Source: Azolla caroliniana
Lineage: Eukaryota; Plantae; Polypodiophyta
Assembly (NCBI GenBank): GCA_043228905.1
Contig: JBHGNT010000001.1
Location: 32,860,001 to 32,924,000, forward strand
Direction: 5' to 3'
Length of the DNA: 64,000 nt
Numbering within the stretch: the first letter of the stretch is position 1; each line of letters opens with the position of its first letter. Both the position numbers and the translations under genes were made by a program. The notes under the pieces were generated by a model. That model ran no database searches and had not been told where the DNA came from. It saw only the letters and a program-made list of their open reading frames with translations. Positions 49,960 through 63,020 of the stretch are shown here, piece after piece.

Positions 49960-50690
49960 GGGAAACTGCCATCTTAGTGTGTTCGTGAAGAATCGGGAGG
50001 GGTGTAATTTAGTATCGTTTCGAAGGTGGCAATGGCATAGAAAGGGGGGATTTAGTGGTGATGAATGGCAAGCACGTGACGTCGAGGGGATTTTGGGAAA
50101 TTGAATGGCATTTTGAGAAAAAGACCTCTTGTTTGAAGGAAAAAGAAAACATGAAACATAAACCGGGAGCATTGGAGGGATTTTGCGAGAAAGGAGGAGG
50201 GGGGGGGGTGGTAATTATTGTTGGGCAAATATTCAAAAGGAATGGACGGGCGAGGGCAGGTAGTGTTAGCAGGAATGTGATGAAAGTTTCGGGCAGGGAG
50301 TTTAGGAAAATTGTGAGAACGGAAAAGAGGGGGGGGGGGGGGGGGATTTTTAGGATAGTAACGGCAGGCTGGCCATAATACATCACGAATGGGCGAGGGG
50401 TGGGCAAATTTGAAAAGGGTGGCACGTCAATGTCTTGGAAACATGAGGGAGGTATAAAAAAATTGGAGGAGGTTAAAAGGGTAGCAGTGGAATTTCGTGA
50501 GAAGTTAAAAGGAAAGGAGACGGGGGCAACCGTGGAATTTCTGGAAACTTAGGTACGAGTTTTGCTTTGTTTTGTGGGGCGTAGAAGGTTTGGGTGTTTG
50601 TGTGTGTTTTTTGTGTGTGCAAGGTAACATAACAGAAACATGTAATTTGTAAAGAGACCCCCCCCCCCCCCCCCCCCCCCCAACCCAAAA
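49960..50690. other. G-rich, purine-skewed region with recurring GGG(G)-A/C-(A/T)-rich motifs and G10, G17 and C24 homopolymers upstream of CFAP58
   Basis: gggggatttagtgg, gggggattttggga, ggagggattttgcgaga, gggcaaatattcaaaagg, gggcaaatttgaaaagg, gggtagcagtggaatttc, gggggcaaccgtggaatttc; G runs 50199-50208 and 50329-50345; C run 50658-50681. Confidence 0.6.
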
Positions 50691-50929
50691 GCAAAATAAA
50701 TAAATAAATATAACAAACAAAACAAACGAGGAGCGCCTCTCCATAGCCCAAACCACGACATGGAAGGAGAGAGATCGATGCGCAGGTTTTAGGGCTATTC
50801 GTCTTCTTCCTTCTGTTCTGACATTCTTAGCAAGAAGAAGAAGAAGAGGAGGAGCAGAGGAGAGATTGCTTTATTAGAAGGAGAAGAAGAAGAAGAAGAC
50901 GTTTTTTATTTGTTTTTCTCTCCGCAGCA

Positions 50930-53900
50930 ATGGCTGATCCTGATGATGGCGATATGGATGCCATGAAGAAGGAGAAACTCAGGGCTTATGAAGCTTCTTT
51001 AGGTGGCTTCGAGCTAAAGGCGTTCGAGGCACTTGAAAGGGAATTTCAAGAGGTTTGTTTAATGAATCAAAAAACTATCCCCAATACATTTCGTTTTTTA
51101 TGTGTAATTTCTGATCTAATTTGAAGAATTTAGGGTTTTCGAGAAATTGTCATTTTTTTAGGCACAATGTATCTCTCTTTTTATTGCTTTGAAAATGCTT
51201 GGAAGTTTTTGGAGATTTGGTAAACATGTCATATTCTGTAGTTTTTATGAATGTGTAAGTTTAAGGCATTGATACATTGAAGTTTTTGGCCCAAACTCTG
51301 ATTTTGTCTGGGAAAATTTAGGGTTTTGAAAACTTGGCACATTTTATGGTTTTAATTGACACAAGATTGAAAATATCTTTCCAAATATCAATCCTGTGCT
51401 GAAAATTCCATGTTCCTGGTCAGTTTGTAGCTTTATTCTATCAAAACACTGCAAACATTTTTGTGCAAATTTTAGTTATATAACTGATTCTTCTAGGGTT
51501 TGTAAGCGTATCACTGTGTAGGCTAACACATCAAAATTCTGTAAAAGTTGTGCAAATTCCGGTTCATTATTAAAATTTTTAGGGCCCTGGAGATGCTTAC
51601 CATGTAGACATTTCTTAAATTGAGATCCATTGTGGTTTCCAAAGGAATTCTAAAATTTTTAAAGTTGTAAATGAAACTCATTGTTATTCAAGCCGATATA
51701 AGTAGATGATTTAAGGGTTAAGATTGAAATTTGTTAATCATTGCATAGAACTGACTTTAGGGATTTGCAAACTTGTCGTCTTATGCTACTGGATATATTT
51801 GTGTAGGTTTTGCAAACTTGTCTTCTTATGCTACTGGATATATTTGTGTAGGTTTTGCAAGAATTGCAACAAGACAGGAGTTTGGACCGGTTCCGGGCCG
51901 AATACGAGAAGCTACACCGAGCTTTGAAGAAGTCTCATGGTTGGTTTTCTTATTTTTCCATAGCTATAGAGAAAGAAATATTAAATACATGTCTGAGAGT
52001 GTTTCTTTAGAGATAGCACTTTCTACGATTATTTCCAACTTAGCTATTGGAGACTTAGTCAACCCCACAAAAAACTGAGCCTTCTAAACCCTACAGAAAA
52101 AAGATAAACTTCATTGTTTGTTCCAGAAGCTTTCTCATTCTTTATGTAATGGCAGCACGTGCTGCTGTCTTCAGTAACCCATCTTGCCATATGTGATTAT
52201 AAATCTTTTTTATTTTGAATTAGAAGTACGTTTTCCTGAGCTGCCACAGGGAGAAGTTATTCTTAAGGTTAAAGTCAATTATTGATTCCCAGTGCGATTA
52301 TTTGAATAAAATGAGGGAAAGTTATTGATGGAGAGTCAGGATCCAAGTTGGGAACTGATGGCTGTAGGTTTGCAACAACTTCCTGTTTGTTGTGTGCGAC
52401 ATGTATTTATTGGACACCAAACTTTCCAGAACCCATAAGTTTCCGAAGATACACTTGCAATATATCAAGCTCTCTAGTATTTTTTTAGGAATTTAGCAAT
52501 CTGCAATGTAACCTTTTGGGAATTTGTTCTGGTGTGGACAACTGGACATGCTAGTTTGATGTCTTTCATTCAATATCTTTGAACAACTTGACTTCATAAT
52601 GCTTAGGAGAATTAGAATGTTCTTCTTTATTATCCACAAATTTGTAGTTTTTGCCTCCAAATATTCTTTCATGAAACGAACTATCTCTCTGCTTTATGTT
52701 TCTTGTAATGAAATGTAAAGGATTCAACGTAGATATCCTTCTCAAAAGAAGGATCTCAGGGGAAAAACGTTTGAAGGTTTTACCTTGTAGCTTTTGTGTT
52801 CATGGAAAATAAAACAAAATATCTGAGAGACACTGAGGTTTGCCATTGGAGAGTGAAATGACCTTGTATCAACTCAATTGAACTCTCTCCTTTATAATCT
52901 CTTTAAATGGGGAATCATCTGGAATGCAAATACAATAATCAAACAAGTTTAATGAAATTTCCATATTATTCTTTACATTAACCCTAAGTAACAAATAAAT
53001 CATGCTTGAATTAGAAGTATTGTATCATAGCTAGTATGAAGCTTGGATGCTCTGATTTTCAGTGCTTTAAGTTCTTGTTTGCACAAGGCTACTTATTACT
53101 TGTTGATTAACAATTCTGGTACTTACCAACTTTAGGCTCATCAGCTATAACAAAATTTCCACAAATCTCATAGAGAATATTGTGGTGTTTTAATGTTGTT
53201 GATAATATATGATTCATGTTCATAAAAATTTAGCTTCTTGTATTGCCATTTGTCTCTTCAATGTTAGAAAGTGAGAAAAGACTCATAAAAAAATGCCGGG
53301 ACCTCAACAATGAGATTCTTGCAAATGCTGCAAAAGTTCAAAATGCACTGAAATTAAATGAAGAAGACCAAATGACGGTTCTTGCATTGAAGAAAGAAAT
53401 TGATAAGGCATGGAAACTGGTTGATGCTTCTCAAGAACGGGAAGAGAAGGCAAAAGACAATATACAGTAGGGCTCTGACATAATAATTTGTTTAAATATA
53501 AAATTAATGTATGAATTGTATCAATTCATGATAAAATTGTGCAAATTGTATAACATAATTGCCGGTTGTTCACGAACTTTTGCAGCCTCAGAGAATACTA
53601 AATATTATAGCTTAATCAAATGTTGTTACCTGATGTGCTATGACATGCTCCCAGAACTCGTGTTATTCCTTCTCATTTGCAGTCTGCAGAAGTTAAAACA
53701 AAACAAATTTTAGATTCACACATATGAAGTGTAGATATGCCACATTTAGTTGAGACGAATCTTATCATACCCGCAAGAAAATTTGAGCATGCACTTAAAT
53801 TCTTCTACAATATATCCTTTTTGTGTTATATTATTAAAAACATATTCTTGACGGGCCTCAGTTCCATAGGATTGTCTGCTATAACAGTCAAAATGGGGGA

Positions 53901-56900
53901 GGCATTTTGCAGGTGGAAAAAAGTGGTTTTTAACCAGTGATGCCTCTTCCCAATCTAGTTTCCCTTATGTTGCCCAAATATGTGATTCAATGTTGCTTTG
54001 TACTTACGAGCTTGGTGAAAATGTTTCAAACATGTTCGTTATTTGTGGTGCTGGAAAAATGCTACGTTTTTTCTTTGAGTATTTTATATAGTATTTTTAG
54101 TAAGGTATTCAAAGGTACATCCCTTTGTATTCTGGCGACTACCTCTGATTTCTTTGTTTTTTATCACACATGACCCCAAATAGCCCACTCTAGTATAAGT
54201 AATGTTGTACAAAAGTTAAGAAATTGGTTATTTCCTCATTTCCTCATTTCCTCCTTGTGCAAGTGGAAACACAGGTAAAATAAAAGTATTCAAGAAAAAA
54301 CAATTAAAAATTTCATACATGTTCACAATATCTAATGCACGCCTTCAGAAAGATATGCAACACATTGCAACATACAGCAGTACGTATCCTGCAGTAGGCT
54401 GAAACTCACCTACAGGAAATCTAATGTATAGAATTTTGTATCACTTGAGTTAAAAAAATATAGAGGTTCATTGGTTGTATGCTATCACTTTCACATTCCA
54501 TCAATCAGAATCTGGCTTGGTGATTTTGTGAATCTCTTGCATGACTAAGAAATAACAATGTAGAGTGTAGCCTCACACCCATTATTTCCTATTTATAAGC
54601 AAATCCATCCCCATGGTTGATTTGCACCATTTTTTAGGTACCTTTGTTTGACTCAGACATATAAAAGAAACTACTTTATAAGAAAACAAGGACTGACATC
54701 TTTGCCTCCAAGTTGTAAAAGATGAACTTGATATTTCAGGTTATTCAAGTTTATGATTTCTAGTGTTGGTAGTAGTATACTTTCTTCCTCTTATGTAAAC
54801 CTTTTCTGTTTTCTTGATTGATCTAGACTAATGTATTTTGGAGATTGTTGTGTTGGCTACATCCCATTTTGGAGATGTTGCGAATCACAGTTTCATTCTA
54901 TAGTAGTCAGTCTGTTGATAATGTTTGGACATATCTTGTACTTCCAGCAAAATTATTTTCTATAAGTTTGTTAGAAATGTCATTGGGTTAGAGCATCCAA
55001 AATTTTAACTTGAAGTGGATGGTCCTTAAAAATACCACATAATTATTTGCTATGATGTTAATACATTTGAAATCTTCTTTAATTCTATATAAAATTTACA
55101 CACAGACAGTTAAAAATAGAGATATCAAATTTGAGCCAGATCATCGATCAGGGAACAGGGCTAAGTGTTGGCCAGGAGCAAGAGGTATACAAAAGAATAG
55201 AGTAGCATGAATGCTGTACCTATTGAATTATTTTGATGTGATTGGTATGGAAATATTTTTATGTTATTCTAAATTTATATTGCACTTGCAGCTTAATGAT
55301 TTGATAAAGCAAAAAGAGGATGCTTGTCGAGAGAGAGATCAGCAACTCACACATATTGTTCAGCTAAGAAAAGAGATAACAGAGATGAGTGAGAAATTAC
55401 GAATCTCTGAGGAGGAAAAGTTGGCCTTTGAACATGAATCAAACAGTCAAAAAGACCAAATAGCTTCAAAAAAAGCAGAATGTGAAAGGTAAGTGTGGTT
55501 TCAGTATTCAAAGCTTAATAGAAATGGATTTTTTTCTACAAATTCTTAGATGTGACAAAAAGTCGTTTTTGCCTTCTCCAAAAGACTTCTTTAACTTATA
55601 AATCTTCTGAACAAAAATATCAGTAACTACTATGCACATACTTCTTGGCTGGAAGATGTATAATGCTGATAGCTTATTGAGAATTGCTTTATTCTCCAGC
55701 TGCCATCAAATCTCTGTAGTGCTGTAATAGCATTAAATGTTTCTAGCTTTAACTGGAAGTCGCTAAAAAGATTAAGATATTCCCTCTAGAAACCTAAACA
55801 TGTAGGGCAGTGTACAGAATGCAGGAAGCTACATAACCTGTATAGTTGCGTAGTCTTTAACTTATGTGACAATTTAATGTTCTTGTTTCTACTAGGTTAT
55901 AATAGTGAGGAGAATGAGATGTTAACTGGAGGTTTGATGACAGGGAAATGAAAAAAAAAGAACGAATGGAGAAGGAAATCAGAGAACTTAAGGTTTCATT
56001 GGAAACCAGACAGACTGAAATTAAAGGAAAGCAGCAAGAAGTAATAGAAAGCCAAGAACATGTTGAAAAACTTGAACACCAGCTTCGTGAACACAAGCAA
56101 CTTGTAGATAAAGTTCAAAAGGAATTTGATGCAGTTAACCAGAAGGTTTAGTGGAAAAGATTTCTCCTAAATGTTTGTGAATGAGTAATGACCATGTATG
56201 CCCGTGCAATAGCATGTAGGTTTTCAACATGGTACTTCTTCCTGAACATGTTTTAGGACAGGTTATAAAGCTTCATAGTGATCTTGAGGAGCAAATTCAT
56301 GCTAATACACAACTTCTAGCAGAAAATAGCCAGAAACAGGTAGAGCTAAAGATAAAAGATGATGAAATACAATCAGTCAAAGCTGAGGTTGTACGCATTA
56401 ATAAGGTAACAGTCTACTGCAGCTCTTTAAATGAAAACACCCGAGGTTAATGTTTTTACAGGCAGAAGGATGTTTTTGATATGATTTATTCAATATAGTC
56501 AAGAGGAATCTCACTATTTTTCCTTATTTTGGCCAGATCCGGGAAGCCACTGTTTTAAAACTGAAAGCATTGGAGAAACATAAGGAAGAAGTAGAAGCCC
56601 AAAGAGAGGAGTTACGAGCAGAAATTCAAAGTTTGGGAAAAGAAGTAGAGCTACAGAGAAAGCTAGCAGAACAAGAACGCAAGAGACAAGAGGAGCTTCT
56701 ACGTGAACGTGATGTTTTGAACAAGCTGAAGACTCAAGTATAGTATTAGCTATGATGCTATGAAAAATACATTATAAATGACATCTTGAACATTACAGAT
56801 AGCTACTACGTACTAGAGAACAGTTTTCTGCAACCCCATTTTGTTAGCAATAAGTGAAATGTAGCAACATTTGGTATCCTAATGGGATTTTCTTGATTTC

Positions 56901-59900
56901 TTGAGTCGAAAACTCATGGAAATGCACATGCAGATTTCAGTGCATGCTTTAAGCACCCATATAGTTAATTTCATTTCAAGAACTGTAGAGCCCCTTGAAT
57001 AAATTTTCATATGAAATGGCTAGGGAAGTTTTCCTAAGTGGGATATGGGTAAGTGGCTTGTAGGTTTGTTGAATAATCTGGTCCTGAAATATGTGGAGCA
57101 TGATGTCATGAGACATGTTATGGGTGGTGAACTGGTAGCCTATGGCCATCCGTCTGCTGCTGTTATAAAACTGTACAAAATGACAAAGGCAAAGACATCA
57201 GAATTTTGCAAATTTTTTGTATGGAGAAAAGTAACCTGACAACGAGATCCCCAATAAATCACATTCTTTCTTCTGCTGGAACCCAAGTGTTTAAACTGCC
57301 CCGATGGTGCGTGATCCTCTCCAAACCATGTTATTAGGCAATGTTTGGATGGAGAAACAAAATTGAGTGAGCCCTTCAATCTGTACATAAACAAAATGGG
57401 AACCTGAGGACAAGATAGCCATGTTTTGCATGTCAGTTAGGAAGTATGCACATATGAATGCACATATGCTGCTTTCTAGAGAAATTTTGGAAGAACTAGG
57501 AAAAAAGATGTATGAAGGCAATATTAATAACTCTAGGTTTCAAGGTTGTGATTCCATGCATTGATTTTTAAATGCCACGAGTTCCTCTCTGAATAGAGAA
57601 TTTAAAGTCTTACTCTTATATATAAGAGTAGTGGAATATGAGAAGAAAGACAACTACAAAATTTGTACTGAGGATTGGGGAGACTCTCATAATTGGTATG
57701 TGAAGAGCGGACATTAATTTGAAACAATGACTCAGACAAATTTGTCTTACTGACTTCTAGTGGGATATTTAAGGAAGAAAGAAATGTTAATGTTTTTTAG
57801 GACGATAACATGATGTACGAGACTGAATGAAAGTTTGTCTTGAAATGTGATCTCATCTTTGAGAACAATAAGTCAAAACAAACATAAATATATTAGTAAA
57901 ATTGTGTAGGGTACCAAACAATCTTGCTATCTAAGCAATTAACACTCCAAGCTTTGATGATCTGAAACTTTTGTCATTAAAAGATCTCCATGATTTGTCG
58001 ATTCAAGATGGAGGGGCCTCAGAAGTGCTGTAAGCAACTTTGATTTTAGGTGATTGGGCAGCATGTACAAACCCTTTCTGTAAACAGAAGAAAATAGCAG
58101 TGTGTCACCAGACTAAGTGAACATGTTCTAACTTCTAGCTTTTTGTGAGATGTCCATGAGAAAAGAGAGATGCACCCCATTCACTCTGAAATTTGCGGAT
58201 TACTCAGTGTAAGTAACTCCCAATGTCTGTTATAGAGCAAAGCCCACGAGCAGACACATGAGAGCTCTTGCATATTCACAGTAGAGAGATCATGCTATGT
58301 TAGAAAAAATGTTTTCTCAGTTGCTCCTTTACATGCTAGAACTCAATAAAAACGGCTTCACATGTAGAGCCTTGACCACAACATTCAAAGGGGTTAAAAC
58401 ACTGGGAAACAGCAATTTTGTTGGCTTGGAGAGAATATCCGGCAAATAATGGATATGTAGATACTCTACCGCACACCGTGCCTCACATGTGGTGCGATAT
58501 ATGTTGTTTGTAGAGTAAAACTGGCTTCCAACCTCAAATAATTGATCTTGTATAGTTGAAGGGAAACATGTTGTGTGAACTTTATGCAGGTGTCAATTGA
58601 TGTATGTAATTGCTTTTGGATGTCAAAGTTCAAAGTACTAGATGACTATTTTTCTTAAAGAAAAATGGAAAGACAAGTCAAGATCCTATATTCCAGACCT
58701 TTCACTTTTGTTGAGTACTTGGTATCTGGGTCGAATATAGGGGATACTCAGATTTTCTGAATAATACACAAGTTGAAACCTCATGATCAGCAACAGTTTG
58801 GTGTCTTGACTTGTAAATTCAACATGCTTCATGTGTGTAGACCTCATATGGTATGAAGATCATTTTCTGGGGGAGAGTTACTTTTTTTTCTAGTTTGTAC
58901 CCATAGACCATTTTGTCTGCAGCTTCGTGATGCTTTAAGAATGTTTTAGAGCTCATATTATACTTCAATGGTGTGTGTTTTTAAACTAGAACATTTGAAA
59001 GTGTGTATATTTCTGGATATAAGCATCGTAATATTTTTTGCATCTCTGCTTCATAATAAGCTGACATGATTTGTTTCTCCTATATAAATTAGGCTGAAAA
59101 TTCGATAGAGAAACAAAGTGATTTGGTTAAGATAAATGAGGTTTCAATCCACAATCTTGAAGCAGAAATACAAAATTATCGAGATTCATCACAAAAACAA
59201 GAAAGATTGATTAGTAAATTGGAGAAAGAGCGGCAGAAGTATGGTGCAGAAGCATCTCAAGCTGGTGTCAAGTATATGCAAGTATGTTCATGATTTTTTT
59301 TTCTATGCTCATTTCTGAAGGTAGATGGTGTGAATCATCTTATGTAAGATGAATGGGGAATACTGAATCTCCTCCTTACAGGCACTTGATGAGGTGAGTG
59401 CAAGAGAAGTTACCATCATGGATCTACAAAAGAGAATAGTAGAAGGTGAAAATCGCCTTAAACAGCAGCAAAATCTCTATGAGACAGTTCGGAGTGAAAG
59501 GAACCTTCTGAGCAAAAACTTAGTTGATGCCCAAGATGAAATAAATGAACTCAGGAGACGAATTAAAGTCATGAATCATCAGATTGAGCAGATGAAGGAA
59601 GAGATCAACACAAAGGAACTTGCGCTTATCAAAGAGCACTTTGACTTCACAAAGGTGATCATCTATATTTTCTCAATGTTGGAGTATCACCTGACCTGTA
59701 TTATCATTATTCTATTAGCATACCTTGTCAAATAGTACTGTCTACATTTGATTGTAATATTATTTGTTGCCATGTTGCAGGCAGAAATATGACATGGGTA
59801 GGATCATACATAACGTCAAGGTTTTATTTAGGTCAAATTGACTAAAATAGCATCAAGTTCAGGTCAAATCTGCTAAAAGTAGCATTACAATTAATATTGA

Positions 59901-62900
59901 ACATCAGAAAATGATATAGCTCATCCTTTGCCTAACAAATGGTAAAGTTTACCAATTTTTTCTGCAATTTCAGTACACAGTGGATGGGTATTTGGGTATT
60001 TCCTGGGATGGATAGATGATAGTGTCACAGGATTATGAACTTTTGCATACCATTCTTATTCAGAAATATATAGAAGCAGCAAAGGTTTTTATATGATTAT
60101 GTTTGGAAGCATATTTTTGGCTCATAGGGGCCAGCAAAGCCCACAATGTTTGCTGGAGATATGTCACCTACATAGAAATAATTGCAAAAATCTAATCAAT
60201 TTCATTTTTACTTCAGATGTAGCAATATCAAATGGGTGATTTCGATAGTATTAAAACGAATCTCATTTTCAGAAAGCCCCTTAAGATAAATCTCATTATA
60301 TGTGAGTGGTTATGCAAGAAAATTGTAACAGAACGAGAAAGAGAAAATAGCAGAAACATCTGGGAAATACTATTGAAACTTAAAATTTATAAAAAGCAAT
60401 TATAAGAACAGCAGTTTTGTAAAATTGCTTCCTTCTGTTTGCTGAAAATTAGGTTTTCACAGCTTTTGTAATTATGAATGTTCTTTATCACTAATATAAA
60501 GAAATTCCTGTAAGATCCCCAAGTAAAATGTTTCTGATGGAAGTCTTTGTAACAGGTAGAGAAGGAAAGAGAAACACTGAAACAAGAATTGAGCAAAGCT
60601 CACCAGGAGATAAAAGAAGGAGAGGCAATCATTGCATCACATAATACAGAAATAGAGAACATGAACCATATTATCAGTGAGGCAGATGATGAGAAATTCA
60701 GGCAGAAAAAGGAGCTAGATATCATAAAAAATGAGAGGGACATTCTAGGAACACAGGTGATTGAGAGTGTCAACATTATTAGTATGAGTAATTAAATGAA
60801 TAGAAATAGAAACTGTTTAATATCCGTCACTTCTGTGAGCAGGTAGCTGCACCCCACAACTGATCTATATCTGCACTAATTTAGTGTTCTGAGTTAAGGT
60901 CTTATTCAATGTTTCGTAGCTTACACGAAGAAATGAGGAGCTGGCCCTGCTGTATGAGAAGATAAAGATTCAACAGTCCACTCTTAGTAAAGGACAAGTT
61001 CAATACAGATGTCGACTTAATGAGTTGCGTCTTCTCAAAATAAAGCTTACAGAGTTAAAAAGAGAACATGGGGTCCTGCGAGGATCAGTTCAAAACATTC
61101 AGGTTCTAAAACGAGAAGTACATAGTTTAGGTCGAGAACTACTGCAAGAGCGTACAAAGGTGCGGCTCCCTGCTCCCGTATGAATCTCAAATATGCTTCA
61201 GATGTTAAACAAGTAATCATTATGATGAAAACTTGGTTACAGGTCAAAGCATTATCAGAAGAGCTGGAAAACCCCTTGAATGTGCACCGCTGGCGCCAAC
61301 TTGAAGGAAGTGACCCAACTGCTTATGAAATGATTTTGAAAATTCAAACTCTGCAAAAACGGTTGATACTCAAAACTGAACAGGTGTGATCTTGTTTTTT
61401 CTTTCTTTTCAATGCTTCACAATCATTAATTTGTATAATGCCAATGAAGTTTTGGAAGAACTAGAATACCAAGGTCTACATTCAACATTAAAGGACTATT
61501 TCAAGACACCACAGGTAGTGTTAATGGACTTCTCTCTGAGAGATAGCTCCAAAGAGAAGTATGGAAAGCAACCTTTCAGTTTGTTGTGCTCAAGACTGCA
61601 TGTAATTGTTATACTTAGCATAATAGACAAGTATTATCTCAACGTTACCCCTACTTGGAGAGTGATATATTTGAAGTTAAAGAAGACGACAAACAAAAAA
61701 TTTGCTCTTTGGAATTTCAGTAGTTTGGGGACTTTCTAATGCTTTCATCTTGTTTGTTGAGACGCTTCAGGCAACTGATCCTCCTTTCTTTTCCCTCAGT
61801 GATTTTATCTAAGCATACTTTTCTGAGCGTGCATTTGTCTTATCAAAATGCTTTTTTTGCGGTCTCGTGTAGGTTGTGGAAAAGGATATTTTGATTCAAG
61901 AAAAAGAGAAACTTTACGTTGAGCTCAGAAAGATTTTGGCTCGACAACCTGGCCCAGAAGTTTCTGAACAACTGGGGCTGTATGCGAAAACTTTGAAAGA
62001 GAAGACCCATCAAATGCAATCAATGACATCAGAACTCCAGATGTATCAGGTCAGACAGCTCTCTATGCACCCATCTCATTACAAGGTTTCACTGTACTCT
62101 TGCTTAGAGGTAACATTTTATGGCAAAACATTTAATCCTCAAACATCTTTATGGTGGTGTTGAGTTGTGTTCACACTACATGCTTATTCTTTGTTTAGTT
62201 TACAATGTGTCTGGTCTCAACATTTAATCCATCTAGACAATGGGTTTGTCAACCTTGTTGTTGACAAATAAAGTCTATTATCTCCAGATTCCAAAGGTAC
62301 TCTCGTAAGACACACCTGTAGTACACATAAAACAAGATTTTGTTACTCAAAGATGTACAAAGACACCCTGTGGGCTGTCCTGATGATCAGAGACACTAAG
62401 TACATGTGAAATCTATAATAAATACAAAAATTCTGTGTTTGGTCCCTTACTCCATGAAGATGCAACCTCTTGAGCGAATGTGTGATGGGTACTACGATAT
62501 TTCAGCTAAAAATTTGTAATCCCATAAATGGCGTATGATTGTGTATTATATAGTAATAATCGGTTGTCTAACTAATTGATCCTGTAGCTGAATCATTGTA
62601 GTTGACCGAGTTGGACAATACTATCTTATATTTTTTCACATCACCAACTAGCCATGCAATTCTGATGTGAAATACACCACATTCTACAATTGAAGGGTAT
62701 AATGCATCTTTGAACCAATCCTAGAGCAGTCGGATTAGAACTGGAAGCATTCTGTTTTTGAATATCTCGTGCACCTTATATATATATCAATGTTAATTCT
62801 TATTTGAACTTTGGTGCAGGGTCAAGTGAAGGAGCATTCAGCTGAAATAAAAAGGTTGAATGCAGAACTTGATGGAATAAAGCATAAGCTCTATGAAAAG

Positions 62901-63020
62901 AAATCAAAAGAACAAAAACAAAAGCAAAAGATCAGAGATGCAAATCAATTAACAGGGCTTAATACAGAGGGTCCATCACATCCGAAAGTTCTAGGTGGTG
63001 GATTCAACATGGGGTTATGA
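50930..63020 (+). CDS. CFAP58: Cilia- and flagella-associated protein 58 (CCDC147/FAP58-FAP189 family), coiled-coil, ~884 aa, 15 exons
   Basis: Exons 50930-51052, 51852-51939, 53268-53466, 55106-55184, 55292-55488, 55944-56145, 56262-56405, 56537-56737, 59093-59281, 59382-59654, 60556-60756, 60920-61159, 61243-61383, 61873-62049, 62820-63020 (2655 nt, in frame). Motifs FEALEREFQEVL, FRAEYEKLHRALKKSHESEKRL, LKQQQNLYETVRSERNL, ERDILGTQL.RRNEELALLYEKIKIQ, ALSEELENPLNVHRWRQLEGSDP, LARQPGPE and C-terminal GGGFN are CFAP58 hallmarks. Confidence 0.93.
51764..51860 (+). repeat. 45-bp tandem duplication spanning the intron 1 splice acceptor of CFAP58
   Basis: tttgcaaacttgtc(g/t)tcttatgctactggatatatttgtgtaggt occurs twice; the AG dinucleotides are at 51805-51806 and 51850-51851. 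Confidence 0.93.

Noticed and set aside
50160-50535. AACCG/AACGG cores in the CFAP58 promoter as DUO1-type MYB sites
   Set aside because: Only 5-6-bp partial matches, which are expected by chance in a G-rich region.
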